From Planctomycetota bacterium (GTDB taxonomy: Bacteria > Planctomycetota > UBA8108 > SXIK01): a stretch of 64,000 nucleotides of DNA. Where the stretch lies: contig CBDCXR010000004.1 of NCBI GenBank assembly GCA_965223845.1, positions 480,001 through 544,000 on the forward strand, written 5' to 3'. Positions 1 through 9,413 of this stretch are shown here, one piece after another. The position numbers and the translations under genes are program-made. Below the pieces are notes generated by a model that had not been told where the DNA came from, did not search any database, and worked only from the letters and a program-made list of their open reading frames with translations. Numbering within the stretch: position 1 is the first letter of the stretch; the number at the start of each line of letters is the position of its first letter.

Positions 1-752
1 TCGAGCAGCTCTACGTCTCGGATCCGACCGGTCTGTGGAAGGAGATCGTTGCCTTTTCGCAGAACCGCTACCAAGTGGCACGCGCGGGGAATATGGCGTG
101 GGACACGTTCGACAAGATCGCCGTCGGGTTCGCCGGAGTGTTCGCGCTCTTCTTCCTGTGGAGCTGCCTTCGTTCGTTGCAGATCCGTAGACTGAAGCGA
201 GAAACCGCCGATCTCCGCGAAGAGCTGCGGGAGGTGGACGAGAAGGACTCCGTACGGACTCCGCGCGCGACCACTCCGTTGTCTGCGCCGGCTCCACGCC
301 AAGAATCTCCGCCTTCACCCCGTGCCCCGCGTCTTCCTCGGCGCGGCGGTGGGTTCTCCGCCGTGATCTCGAACAAGTCCGTCCAGCCGGATGCGACCGT
401 CCCAGCTCCCGCTCCGGCGACGGCACCGAGCGCGCAGCTCGACGTCGACGAGGAGGGGGAGTTCGAGGACGCGCCGACCATGCTCGTCGGCGCCTCGATG
501 CCGGCGACGACTCCGGCCGCGAGCGCTCCCTCCACCGCACCGAGCGCCGGCCGGCAGTGGGAAGCCGAAGAGGAGTTCGAAGAGAGCGGAGACGATCTTG
601 CGAGCACGCAGATCATCTCGAATGTCAGTCGCGAGGACCTCGAAGCCGAAGGTCTGACGATGCCGGGCGCTTCGGCTGCTCCGGCCGGTGAGCGCGATCT
701 TCTCGATGAGCTGAAGAGCGTGATCAGCGAGAAATACGGCTCCGAGAAGTAG
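1..752 (+). CDS. Hypothetical membrane protein, 5'-truncated; single TM helix followed by a disordered Pro/Ala/acidic tail
   Basis: The frame is open from position 3 (EQLYVSDPTGLWKE...) through the ORF-track start at 75 to TAG at 750-752. Hydrophobic segment IAVGFAGVFALFFLWSCL. Followed by a strong hairpin. Confidence 0.75.
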   Translation, partial: EQLYVSDPTGLWKEIVAFSQNRYQVARAGNMAWDTFDKIAVGFAGVFALFFLWSCLRSLQIRRLKRETADLREELREVDEKDSVRTPRATTPLSAPAPRQESPPSPRAPRLPRRGGGFSAVISNKSVQPDATVPAPAPATAPSAQLDVDEEGEFEDAPTMLVGASMPATTPAASAPSTAPSAGRQWEAEEEFEESGDDLASTQIISNVSREDLEAEGLTMPGASAAPAGERDLLDELKSVISEKYGSEK

Positions 753-807
753 CGGCGGTGAGGCTCCGGGGGGAGTCGCTCGGCCGTTCGCTTCGAGATC
801 ATCGATG

Positions 808-849
808 AAACGCGGGGAGCGGGACCCTGGTCCCGCTCCCCGCGTTTTT
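808..849. terminator. Bidirectional intrinsic terminator between convergent genes
   Basis: Perfect inverted repeat AAACGCGGGGAGCGGGAC-cctg-GTCCCGCTCCCCGCGTTT followed by T residues. Lies between stop codons at 752 (+) and 874 (-). Confidence 0.85.
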
Positions 850-873
850 CTCGTTTCGATCTTGGAAAGAGAC

Positions 874-1848
874 CTAGCGGCGTCGACGAGAAGTCGTCGT
901 TCGCTTCGCCGCCGGCCGCCGGGCGCTCGTCCGGCGAGACGTCACTCGACGCGATGTCTTGCGAGCGGTGGTCTTCCGAGCCGTGGTCTTCCGTGCGCTC
1001 GACTTTCGAGCGGCGGGCTTCCGAGCGGTCGACTTCCGAGCGGCGGGCTTCCGAGCGGTGGTCTTCCGAGCGGTCGACTTCCGAGCGGCGGGCTTACGCG
1101 CGGTCGTCGTCTTGCGAGCGGTCGACTTGCGCGCGGTGGTCTTCCGAGCGGCGGGCTTGCGTGCAGACGTCGTCTTGCGAGCAGTCGACTTGCGCGCGGT
1201 GGTCTTCCGAGCGGCGGGCTTACGCGCGGTCGTCGTCTTGCGAGCGGTCGACTTACGCGCGGTGGTCTTCCGAGCGGCGGGCTTGCGTGCGGACGTCGTC
1301 TTGCGAGCGGTCGACTTACGCGCGGTGGTCTTCCGAGCGGCAGGCTTGCGTGCGGACGTCGTCTTGCGCGCGGTGGTCTTCCGAGCGGCGGGCTTACGCG
1401 CGGTCGTCGTCTTGCGAGCGGTCGACTTACGCGCGGTGGTCTTCCGAGCGGCGGGCTTGCGTGCAGACGTCGACTTGCGCGCGGTGGTCTTTCGGGCGGC
1501 GGGCTTACGCGCGGTCGACTTGCGAGCGGTGGTCTTTCGGGCGGCGGGCTTGCGCGCGGTCGTCGTCTTGCGAGCGGTCGACTTGCGTGCGGTGGTCTTC
1601 CGAGCGGCCGGCTTACGCGCGGTCGTCGTCTTCCGAGCGGTCGTCTTCCGAGTCGTGGACTTCGCTGCCGCGCGGCGCTTGGTCGGCGTGCGGCTCGACT
1701 TCGTGGCGCTCGCGCTGCTCCGACGAGTCGAGCTGCTGGCTCGACGCGTGCTCGAGGCACTGCGTCGGCTCGAGCTACCGGTCCTCCGTGAGGCGCGTCC
1801 GGATGACGCGTTCGTGTTCCGATTCGTGCTGCGCCTGGTCGAAGGCAT
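874..1848 (-). CDS. Histone H1-like / chlamydial Hc2-like basic repetitive DNA-binding protein (324 aa)
   Basis: ATG preceded by AGGAG. Dozens of ARKTT/ARKST/ARKPA/ARKTTT units, Arg/Ser-rich termini, no Asp or Glu. Terminator directly downstream. Confidence 0.85.
   Translation of the reverse strand: MPSTRRSTNRNTNASSGRASRRTGSSSRRSASSTRRASSSTRRSSASATKSSRTPTKRRAAAKSTTRKTTARKTTTARKPAARKTTARKSTARKTTTARKPAARKTTARKSTARKPAARKTTARKSTSARKPAARKTTARKSTARKTTTARKPAARKTTARKTTSARKPAARKTTARKSTARKTTSARKPAARKTTARKSTARKTTTARKPAARKTTARKSTARKTTSARKPAARKTTARKSTARKTTTARKPAARKSTARKTTARKPAARKSTARKPAARKSSARKTTARKTTARKTSRRVTSRRTSARRPAAKRTTTSRRRR
960..1650. repeat. Intragenic tandem repeat: 15/18-bp units with a ~63-bp higher-order period
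   Basis: Recurrent gcggtggtcttccga / gcggcgggcttacgc / gcggtcgacttgcgc units encoding ARKPA-ARKTT-ARKST-ARKTT(T/S). Confidence 0.9.
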
Positions 1849-2483
1849 GACGATCTCCTGGAAAGATTCTTGTCCCGACTCCGTCGCCTTCGGGCGAGCT
1901 AGGGGCCGGGGGGGCCTCTCGGCGTCCTACGCCGAACTTCACTTCCGAGTTTCTCGCGGCGACCGTTGATCGCCTGCGAAGGTCGTCACGGATGATCGGC
2001 CGTTCCCCGTCCAATCTTGGGAAAATCCGCGGGATGTGCGGATTCGGGACGGCTCTCCGCTGCGGCCGGCACCGTCGCACGTCGTTATCAGACCTGGTCC
2101 TCGAGCGAGCTGGACGACCGAAGTTAGCGGCGCGACGTCGCACCGCGCCGAGCAGAGTCGTGTGAGGATCGGGTGAAGATTGGCGCAGATTTTTCGGAAC
2201 GTCACTTCTATAATCTCTTTCGTCAGGGTCTCTTGCGGGTTTTCTCCGATTCCGACTTCCCCCGCGCCGACGGGGCGTCCGGTCGCGGCTGCGATCGAGC
2301 GGACGAACGGCTCCCAAGTCTTCATCATCTGCGGCGTCCGAGGATCTCCCGTACCCCCGGTCCGGTCTCGCGTGTCGCCGAGCCGAAGCCGGTCACGAGG
2401 TCGAGGGGCGGTCGAAACCGGTGATCCGGACGGCCTCCTTCGCTGCGCGGCAACCAAGAATAGAGTTCACTCCAGAGTAGTCC

Positions 2484-4571
2484 GTGGCGTCGACACTGCC
2501 CCGGACATCGAAACGGGATGGGTGGGAGAAAGGTCTCGGTGTGATTCGAGCGGTGTTTTCTGCGGGGTGGTGGTTCGCGTGCGTCGGACTCCTGGGATCT
2601 CCTCTCTCCGCACAAGTCGCGATCAACGAAGTGATCGCCGAAAACGGCGATGAGGGACCCGCGGATTCGGAGGGCGGCACCCCGGATCTCATCGAGCTGA
2701 TCAATCTGACCGGGGAGGACGTCGTTCTCGGAGCTCCGCTCCCGAAGGACTCTTATTACCTGAGCGACACCGAATCGCGCTCGATGAGCGGCGAGCTCGT
2801 ATTCAAGGCGGAGGAAGCGTGGAAGTTTCCGCCCGGGGTCGAGCTCGCGCCGAACGGGCGCCTCGTCGTGTTCTGCGATGGCGATCAAACCCAGACCTGC
2901 GAGGTCCACACCTCGTTTCAGATCGACTCGAACGGGAGCGAGCCCATTCTCCTCTGGAGTCCCGAGGACGACGAAGGCATGCGGTCTCTCGTCGATCGGC
3001 TCTATCTCCCTCCCCTTCGGCGCAACGTTTCGTTCGGAAGGTTCCCCGACGGATCGGGGCCGACGCCGCTGCCACTCGAGATGACGCTCGAGTTTTGCGT
3101 GTACAACCCCCCGGGAACGTCCACCTTCGGGCGCTGTCGCGTCACTGAAAACTCGGTTAGCTGCGGGGACATGAAGGTGACGAAGAGCTGCACCGGCGAC
3201 GAGAACGGTCCGGGGGGAAACCTCGAGCCGAGGATTTCACGGAGCTCCGCGTCGACGAACGCGCCGCGTGCCGGCGAGGCGGTCGTCGTCACGGCCGAGG
3301 TCACGGACGACAAGGAGCCGATCCCTAGCAACATCGTACGTGCCGAGATCCACTACCGGGTCGACGGTGAGCTGCAGCCGCCCGTGGCGATGGAATTCGT
3401 CGAGTCGCTCGACGGCACGGATCGCGTGCCGCCGCGGCCGCTCTCGCGCTGGGGAGTGTTCGTCGGTGAGATCCCCGGGCAGCCCGCGAACACCCACGTC
3501 GCGTTCCAGCTCTTCGTCGAGGACGCCGAGGGTCTCGTCAGCACGAGTCCGCGGACTCAGTGCGCCGCGGGAGTCGGACCGTGCAATGCGATCGGACTTC
3601 CCGGGCCCGGCTGCACGGTCGATCCGGACGACCCCCTTCGCTTCGCCGAGTGCGACGTGTGGGACGAGTACGTCTCCGGGTACGAACCGAGCGGAGCCCT
3701 CGAATTCCTCGTCGTGAACGAGATCGTGAGCTCGCAGTCGCGGATCCTCATCGATCCGACCGAGCTGAACGATCAGTGCGGCGGGATGGAACCCACGACG
3801 AGCTGTCGTTTCGACGACTTCATCGAAGTCTACAACGGCTCGACGGAGGCGATTCCTCTCGACAACATCTGGCTCTCCGACGGTCGATTCAACCCTCGCG
3901 GCTGGAAGTTCCCGGCGGGTGCGGAGATCGGTTCGGAGGAGTACCTGATCGTCTGGGTCGACGGCGATGGCGGAAAGTGTCCCCGACCGGACAACAAGAT
4001 CCTCGGCGATGGGCAGGATTGTCCCGACCCGACGAACGTCGAGCTCGGACGGTACCACGCTAGCTTCTCGCTCAACGCGGACGGCGATCAGATCTATATC
4101 TTCGAGGAGTCGGAGACCGGCTCGTTCGGCCTCGTTCACGGCTACGAGTATGACCTTCAGACGCGCGACACGACGTTCGCTCTCAGTCCGAACGGATGCC
4201 GCTACGGGGACTTCGTCATCCGGACGCCAACGACGGCGACGCCGGGGGCCCACAACGAGCTCGCCGGCGAATGCGTGAAGCCTCAGGTCGATCCCCTGTT
4301 CAAGCGGGGCGACATCAACGACGACTGCCAGTCGAACGTGGCGGACGCCATCTTTGGACTTAGCCATTTGTTCGGAAACGGCGCCGCGCCGGTGTGTCCG
4401 GACGCGCTCGACGTGAACGACAGCGGCGGCGTGGATATCAGCGACCCGATCTTCCTCCTCAACTATCTCTTCTCCACCGGAGCGGCGCCGCCGGCGCCGG
4501 GACCGGATCTGGCCGGCGTGGACCCGACGCCGGACGATCTCGCGCTCTGCGGGGCGAGGGACTGTCCGTGA
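2484..4571 (+). CDS. Secreted lamin-tail-domain (LTD) protein: 2 LTD, Ig-like region and C-terminal dockerin-like module
   Basis: Signal peptide ending SA-Q. LTD motifs INEVIAEN...DLIELIN and VNEIVS...DDFIEVYN...IWLSD...WKFP. C-terminal FKRGDINDD...DALDVNDSGGVDISDPIFLLNYLF...DPTPDDL. Start codon uncertain. Confidence 0.85.
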   Translation: MASTLPRTSKRDGWEKGLGVIRAVFSAGWWFACVGLLGSPLSAQVAINEVIAENGDEGPADSEGGTPDLIELINLTGEDVVLGAPLPKDSYYLSDTESRSMSGELVFKAEEAWKFPPGVELAPNGRLVVFCDGDQTQTCEVHTSFQIDSNGSEPILLWSPEDDEGMRSLVDRLYLPPLRRNVSFGRFPDGSGPTPLPLEMTLEFCVYNPPGTSTFGRCRVTENSVSCGDMKVTKSCTGDENGPGGNLEPRISRSSASTNAPRAGEAVVVTAEVTDDKEPIPSNIVRAEIHYRVDGELQPPVAMEFVESLDGTDRVPPRPLSRWGVFVGEIPGQPANTHVAFQLFVEDAEGLVSTSPRTQCAAGVGPCNAIGLPGPGCTVDPDDPLRFAECDVWDEYVSGYEPSGALEFLVVNEIVSSQSRILIDPTELNDQCGGMEPTTSCRFDDFIEVYNGSTEAIPLDNIWLSDGRFNPRGWKFPAGAEIGSEEYLIVWVDGDGGKCPRPDNKILGDGQDCPDPTNVELGRYHASFSLNADGDQIYIFEESETGSFGLVHGYEYDLQTRDTTFALSPNGCRYGDFVIRTPTTATPGAHNELAGECVKPQVDPLFKRGDINDDCQSNVADAIFGLSHLFGNGAAPVCPDALDVNDSGGVDISDPIFLLNYLFSTGAAPPAPGPDLAGVDPTPDDLALCGARDCP

Positions 4572-4733
4572 GGGAGCTGGGTGCGGTCGGGAGGCCAGCC
4601 GCGAGCACGTTCGTGTTCTCGAAGGATCCGCCTCTATAATTGACCGTTCGATTCCCGCGGGCGCGATCGTTTCGCCGCCCGCGGCTCCACTCGCGCGTAC
4701 TGCGAAGCCGTCCTGAGCTCGCGGTCGGGGCGC

Positions 4734-6845
4734 GTGGGACAACCTCTGACGAAGGAGATTGCGGTGAAGCTCGTCTGTAGCTCCCTAACCCGACTCGGCA
4801 GCTCGTGCCGCGGGCGTTCGGTGTTCGGTTTCGCGTGCGCGGTGATGGCCGTGTCGTGGATCGCCGGGTCCAGCGTGCGAGCGGAGATCGTGATCAACGA
4901 ACTGATCGCGGACAACGGCGAGGTAGGGCCGGCCGACTTCGGCGGTGGCTTCCCCGACATTCTCGAGCTCTACAACACGGGTGAAGAGGACGTCGTTCTC
5001 GGAGATCCGGATCCCGGGAAGTCCTACTACTTGTCCGACGAGTGCGAGTCGCTCGACGCGAGCGAGTGCACGTTTCGGACCTTGGGTTCGTGGCGATTCC
5101 CGAGCGGAACCGTCATCCCGGCGCAGGGATTTCTCATCGTCTACTGCGACGGCGACGCCGTGGAGGGCCTCTGCGAGCTTCACGCTTCGTTCGAGCTCGC
5201 GGCGAATGGAAGCGAGGCCATCGCGCTCTGGTCGCCGCGCGACGAGAGCGGCGCGCGCACCATCGTGAGTCGCGTCTGGCTCCCGCCGCTCGATCGCGAC
5301 GTGTCCTTCGGTCGTTTCCCCGATGGCGCCGGACCGGCGATCGTTCCCGTCGCGGAAACGTTCGACCACTTCGTCTTCAATCCGCTCTCCGAGACCACCT
5401 TCGGCAGTTGTGTCGAGACCGAGGAAGATTGTCGGGGGGCCGTGCCGCCCGGGAAGCTGCGCGAGTGTACGGGAGCTGCGAACGCCGCCGGGGGAAACCT
5501 TCCTCCGGACATCGATCTCGATTCAGACGATTTCTCGACGAATGCGCCCGCGGACGGCGAGCCGGTGGTGATCACCGCGGAAGTGCGGGACGACGAACTC
5601 CCGCTCGCCGGGAACATCGTGCGCGCGTCGATCCTCTACACCGTCGACGGCATCGACCAGCCGGAAGTCCCGATGAACCTCGTCGACGAGACGGTGCACG
5701 ATCGAGCGGACGACGGGCGGCCGCTCGATCGCTACACGCGGTGGACCGGCACGATCCCCGGCCAGCCAGCCGGGAGCGTCGTCGAGTTTCGGCTCACCGT
5801 GCAGGACGTCGGCGCGGGTTCGGCCCAGGATCCGCGGACTCTTTGTCCGCCGGACACCGGGCCGTGCAATCGCATCGGCTTCCCCGGCGAGAATTGCGTC
5901 CGCGACCCCGACAATGATCTTCGCTTTCTCTCCTGTCGCGTTCCCTATCGCTACCGCGTGGGCTACGAGCCGAGCGAAGCGCTCGCCGGGCTCCTCATCA
6001 ACGAAGTCGTTGCCACGCAGACGTCAATCATCGAGGACAAGACCGACGACGCCTGCGCGGACGACAACCCCACGTGCAAATTCGATGACTATCTCGAGCT
6101 CTACAACACGTCGACCGAAGAGATCGATCTCTCCGGGATGTGGCTCTCCGATCGGCCGTTCAACCCACAAGGATGGCCGTTCCCGGAGGGGTCGACCATC
6201 GCGGGAGGCGAGCGATTGATCGTTTGGCTCGACGGCGACGGTGGGCGCTGCCCGTTCCCGGACGAGGCGCAAGACGGCGACGGGCAGGACTGTGCGAATC
6301 CGCCGACCGATCCGGCGAGCGGGGAGTATCACACGGACTTCCGGCTGTCCGGTTCCGGCGAGCAGGTTTATCTCTACGCGAGCGCGGACGAGTCGTTCGG
6401 GCTCCTGCACGGGCTGCGGTTCGGCCTCCAGACGGAGAACGTCGCGCTCGTCCTCTGTCCCGACGGCGTGCGCGGCGGCGAGTTCGGCGTCGAGTCGGGC
6501 GGTTCCCCCGGAGCGGAGAATTCTTGCTCGACGCCCGTTTTCGTGCGCGGGGACTCGAACAGCGACTGCAGTTTCAACCTCGCGGATGCGGTCTTTACGC
6601 TGAATGCGCTCTTCGGCGGGGGTGTTCAGCCGACCTGTCTCGACGCCGCGGATACGAACGACAGCGGGAACGTCGACATCAGCGATCCCATATTCGGACT
6701 GTCGGCGCTGTTCCTCGACGGAGAGCTGCCGCTTCCGCCCGGCCCGGGCTGCCCCGGGGGCGAAGATCCAACGCCCGACGATCTCCTCGGTTGTCGCTCG
6801 AGCTGCGAGAGCGAGGAAGATTGCCCGGCCCCGATCGGCGGTTGA
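4734..6845 (+). CDS. Secreted LTD protein with dockerin-like C-terminus; tandem paralogue of 2484-4571
   Basis: Same architecture and collinear motifs (INELIADN, SYYLSD, VSFGRFPDG, STNAP, FDDYLELYN, FVRGDSNSD...DTNDSGNVDISDPI). Confidence 0.85.
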   Translation: MGQPLTKEIAVKLVCSSLTRLGSSCRGRSVFGFACAVMAVSWIAGSSVRAEIVINELIADNGEVGPADFGGGFPDILELYNTGEEDVVLGDPDPGKSYYLSDECESLDASECTFRTLGSWRFPSGTVIPAQGFLIVYCDGDAVEGLCELHASFELAANGSEAIALWSPRDESGARTIVSRVWLPPLDRDVSFGRFPDGAGPAIVPVAETFDHFVFNPLSETTFGSCVETEEDCRGAVPPGKLRECTGAANAAGGNLPPDIDLDSDDFSTNAPADGEPVVITAEVRDDELPLAGNIVRASILYTVDGIDQPEVPMNLVDETVHDRADDGRPLDRYTRWTGTIPGQPAGSVVEFRLTVQDVGAGSAQDPRTLCPPDTGPCNRIGFPGENCVRDPDNDLRFLSCRVPYRYRVGYEPSEALAGLLINEVVATQTSIIEDKTDDACADDNPTCKFDDYLELYNTSTEEIDLSGMWLSDRPFNPQGWPFPEGSTIAGGERLIVWLDGDGGRCPFPDEAQDGDGQDCANPPTDPASGEYHTDFRLSGSGEQVYLYASADESFGLLHGLRFGLQTENVALVLCPDGVRGGEFGVESGGSPGAENSCSTPVFVRGDSNSDCSFNLADAVFTLNALFGGGVQPTCLDAADTNDSGNVDISDPIFGLSALFLDGELPLPPGPGCPGGEDPTPDDLLGCRSSCESEEDCPAPIGG

Positions 6846-6864
6846 CGGTCCGAGTCCGTCGGCG

Positions 6865-7833
6865 CTAGAGACGCCGTCGATCGCCGGCGACGGCGAGTCC
6901 GCCGCGGGTCGACGACCCCGTCGCTGCATGCAGGGCGAGAATCGCCGCCCCGATCGCGCCTCCGTACCGCCCGAATTCTGCGCGTGCGATGGGCGGCGGG
7001 GTGCGGCTCGAGGCGAGCGCGCGCGTGAGCGCGCGTCGTGCCGGATGGAGAAGAAGCTCGCCCGCTCCGCTCGTCCCGCCGCCGATGACCACGCGATCGG
7101 GGGACCAGAGCGGAACGAGAATCGCGAGGAGATCACCGAGGTGAGTGCCGGCGGCCCGCCACGTGCGGCGGGCGGCTGGATCGCCCTCCTGCGCGAAGCG
7201 AAACAGCTCTTCGCCGTTTCGCACCCGCACGCCCTCGCGGCGAGCCGCAGCGACGATTCCGCGCTCGGAGAGCGCCGACTCGACGCGCGTACGCCGCCGC
7301 GTGCTCGGGTTCGGGAGCGGGAGCTCGGCGATCTGCCCCGCCGTGTGGTGCGATGCCCGCACCGGTTCGCCGTCCGCGACCAGTGCCGCGCCGACTCCGG
7401 TACCGAGCGAGACGTAGAGCAGCCGCGAGTGCCCGCGCCCGGCGCCGACGAGCGCCTCGCCGACGGCTCCCGCGTTGGTATCGGCGTCGAGGTGGACGGG
7501 AATCCCGACCCGTTTCTTCACGCGTGCGGCGAGCGCGACGCCCTCGTAGGCCGGAAGATGGGTCGAGCGGTCGACCCGCGTTCGGCGCGGGTTGAGTACG
7601 CCGCAGAATGCGAGCCCGACGGCGCTCGGCGAGAACGCCCGCGCGCCTCGGCGGGCCGTGGCGCGGAGCGAGTCGATCCCGTCCGCGATCGCGGCGATCG
7701 CGTCGCCCGGCGCGCGCGGCGTCGGGAGGTCTCGGCGTTCGATCGCGCGTCCACGCCGGAGTGCGACGAGCTGAATCGATGTTCCCCCGATGTCGCAGCC
7801 CGCTGCGTCGCCGCGCGGAATTCGCGCCGCCAT
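6865..7833 (-). CDS. ROK family sugar kinase-like protein (atypical)
   Basis: DIGGT phosphate loop, DADTNAGAVGE...GAGRG, LGTGVG, PDRVVIGGG and GAIGAA motifs. Lacks the CxCGxxGCxE zinc motif. Confidence 0.85.
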   Translation of the reverse strand: MAARIPRGDAAGCDIGGTSIQLVALRRGRAIERRDLPTPRAPGDAIAAIADGIDSLRATARRGARAFSPSAVGLAFCGVLNPRRTRVDRSTHLPAYEGVALAARVKKRVGIPVHLDADTNAGAVGEALVGAGRGHSRLLYVSLGTGVGAALVADGEPVRASHHTAGQIAELPLPNPSTRRRTRVESALSERGIVAAARREGVRVRNGEELFRFAQEGDPAARRTWRAAGTHLGDLLAILVPLWSPDRVVIGGGTSGAGELLLHPARRALTRALASSRTPPPIARAEFGRYGGAIGAAILALHAATGSSTRGGLAVAGDRRRL

Positions 7834-8071
7834 CAGTCGCCGGTTCTCTTCCGTTTCGGCAAGCTTTCGCCTAGCGGAAGCGAACCGGGAGGCGGCGGAC
7901 GGACCGATCGCGGCCGCCGCAGCGCGAACGCATCGGGGGGACGACGCGCCCCGTGCTCCGGCAGCCCTCCGAGGCCACCCCGCCTCGGCGGCGCCCGCGG
8001 CGCACGAGCTCGGCCGATCGCCGCGGGGGCGTCGGTCGCTCCTCGTCCGTGCGAGCGCCGTCGGGTGGTGA

Positions 8072-9070
8072 TCAACCGGCGATCTTTTCGAGGAGATCGC
8101 AGACTCGGCTCGAGTATCCCCACTCGTTGTCGTACCACGAGATGAGCTTCACGGAGTTGCTCTTCCCGCCCATGACGAGCGTCGAGAGCGCGTCGAACAC
8201 CGAGGAGTGCGGGTTGCCGATGACGTCGGTCGAGACGATCGGATCCTCGCAGTACTCGAGAATGTTCGGGATCTTCGCCGAGGCGACGCGGACCGCGTCG
8301 TTGACCTCTTCCTTCGTGACCTCGCGGCCGAGCTCGGCGACGAGATCGACGACGGACCCGTCGACGACGGGAACGCGCATCGCGATCCCATCGAGCTTCC
8401 CGTTGAGCTCGGGAAGAACCTTGCCGACGGCTCGGGCTGCGCCCGTCGTCGTCGGGATGATGTTTTGCGCGGCCGCGCGAGCGCGGCGGAGGTCCTTGTG
8501 CGGGAGATCCGCCAGTCGCTGGTCGTTCGTGTACGCGTGCACCGTCGTCATGAGTCCGCGCTCGAGCCCAAAGGCATCGTGGATCACTTTCGCGAGCGGG
8601 GCGAGGCAGTTCGTGGTGCAGGATGCGTTCGAGATCAGCTTGTGCTCGGGCTTCAGCGCATCGTCGTTGACGCCGAGGACCACGAGGGCGTCGATCTCGT
8701 CCTTCGGCGGGACGGTCAGGATGACCTTCTTCGCGCCCGCGGCGAGGTGCTTCTCGAGAGCCGCACGCGTCGCGAAGACGCCGGTCGACTCGACGACATA
8801 ATCCGCACCCCACTCGGCCCAAGGGATTTCGGCCGGATCGCGAATCTCAGACGCGGGGATCTCGTCGTCCCCGATGCGAAAACCCTTCTCCGTCAGCTCG
8901 ACGCGCTCGCCGAACCGCCCCATGACACTGTCGTACTTGAGAAGGTGCGCGAGCGTGGAGTTGTCCGTGAGGTCGTTGATTCCGACGACATCGATGCCGC
9001 GGTCGCGCAGAATGCGAAAGACCGTACGCCCGATGCGCCCGAACCCGTTGATTCCGACGCGGATGGCCAT
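8072..9070 (-). CDS. gap: Type I glyceraldehyde-3-phosphate dehydrogenase
   Basis: MAIRVGINGFGRIGR start, catalytic ASCTTNC, IIPTTTGAA, WYDNEWGYS. True ATG at 9070, preceded by AAGGAG. Confidence 0.98.
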   Translation of the reverse strand: MAIRVGINGFGRIGRTVFRILRDRGIDVVGINDLTDNSTLAHLLKYDSVMGRFGERVELTEKGFRIGDDEIPASEIRDPAEIPWAEWGADYVVESTGVFATRAALEKHLAAGAKKVILTVPPKDEIDALVVLGVNDDALKPEHKLISNASCTTNCLAPLAKVIHDAFGLERGLMTTVHAYTNDQRLADLPHKDLRRARAAAQNIIPTTTGAARAVGKVLPELNGKLDGIAMRVPVVDGSVVDLVAELGREVTKEEVNDAVRVASAKIPNILEYCEDPIVSTDVIGNPHSSVFDALSTLVMGGKSNSVKLISWYDNEWGYSSRVCDLLEKIAG

Positions 9071-9413
9071 CGTTGATCTCCTTGGTTGGATGTCGTTTCG
9101 TGTGGATCGAGTCTCGCGTCGAATCCCCGGCGGCGTGATTCGCCGACGCTCTCCGTCGCGACGCAGCGACGGACGCCGTGAACGCCATTCCGCGCAGCGA
9201 GGGTCGAGCCGTGGAGCGAGCTCGAGGGAGGAAGAGGATTCGCGCACGCTTCACGTCGCTTGAGGTGACGGTGAAAACGTCGCGCACCGAATGGATTCGG
9301 TCCATCGGAGTCAGTCGAAAAGAAGCGCGGGATTATATCAGGCGCCCCGCCGCAAGTTAACCTCGAGTTCGGCCCGTCTCACTCGCGGGTCCCGGGCGCG
9401 GAGAATCGGGAGT

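Noticed and set aside
960-1650. Possible CRISPR array
   Set aside because: Contiguous codon-phased repeats with no unique spacers, and no cas genes.
805-1969. Several long alternative-frame ORFs over the H1-like repeat (805-1791, 942-1760, 954-1850, 959-1969)
   Set aside because: Stop-free shadows of a tandem repeat. Only 874-1848 (-) has an RBS and a plausible composition.
2180-2196. Sigma54-like TGGCGC-AGATT-TTTC upstream of the first LTD gene
   Set aside because: Lacks the -12 GC, so the match is too weak.
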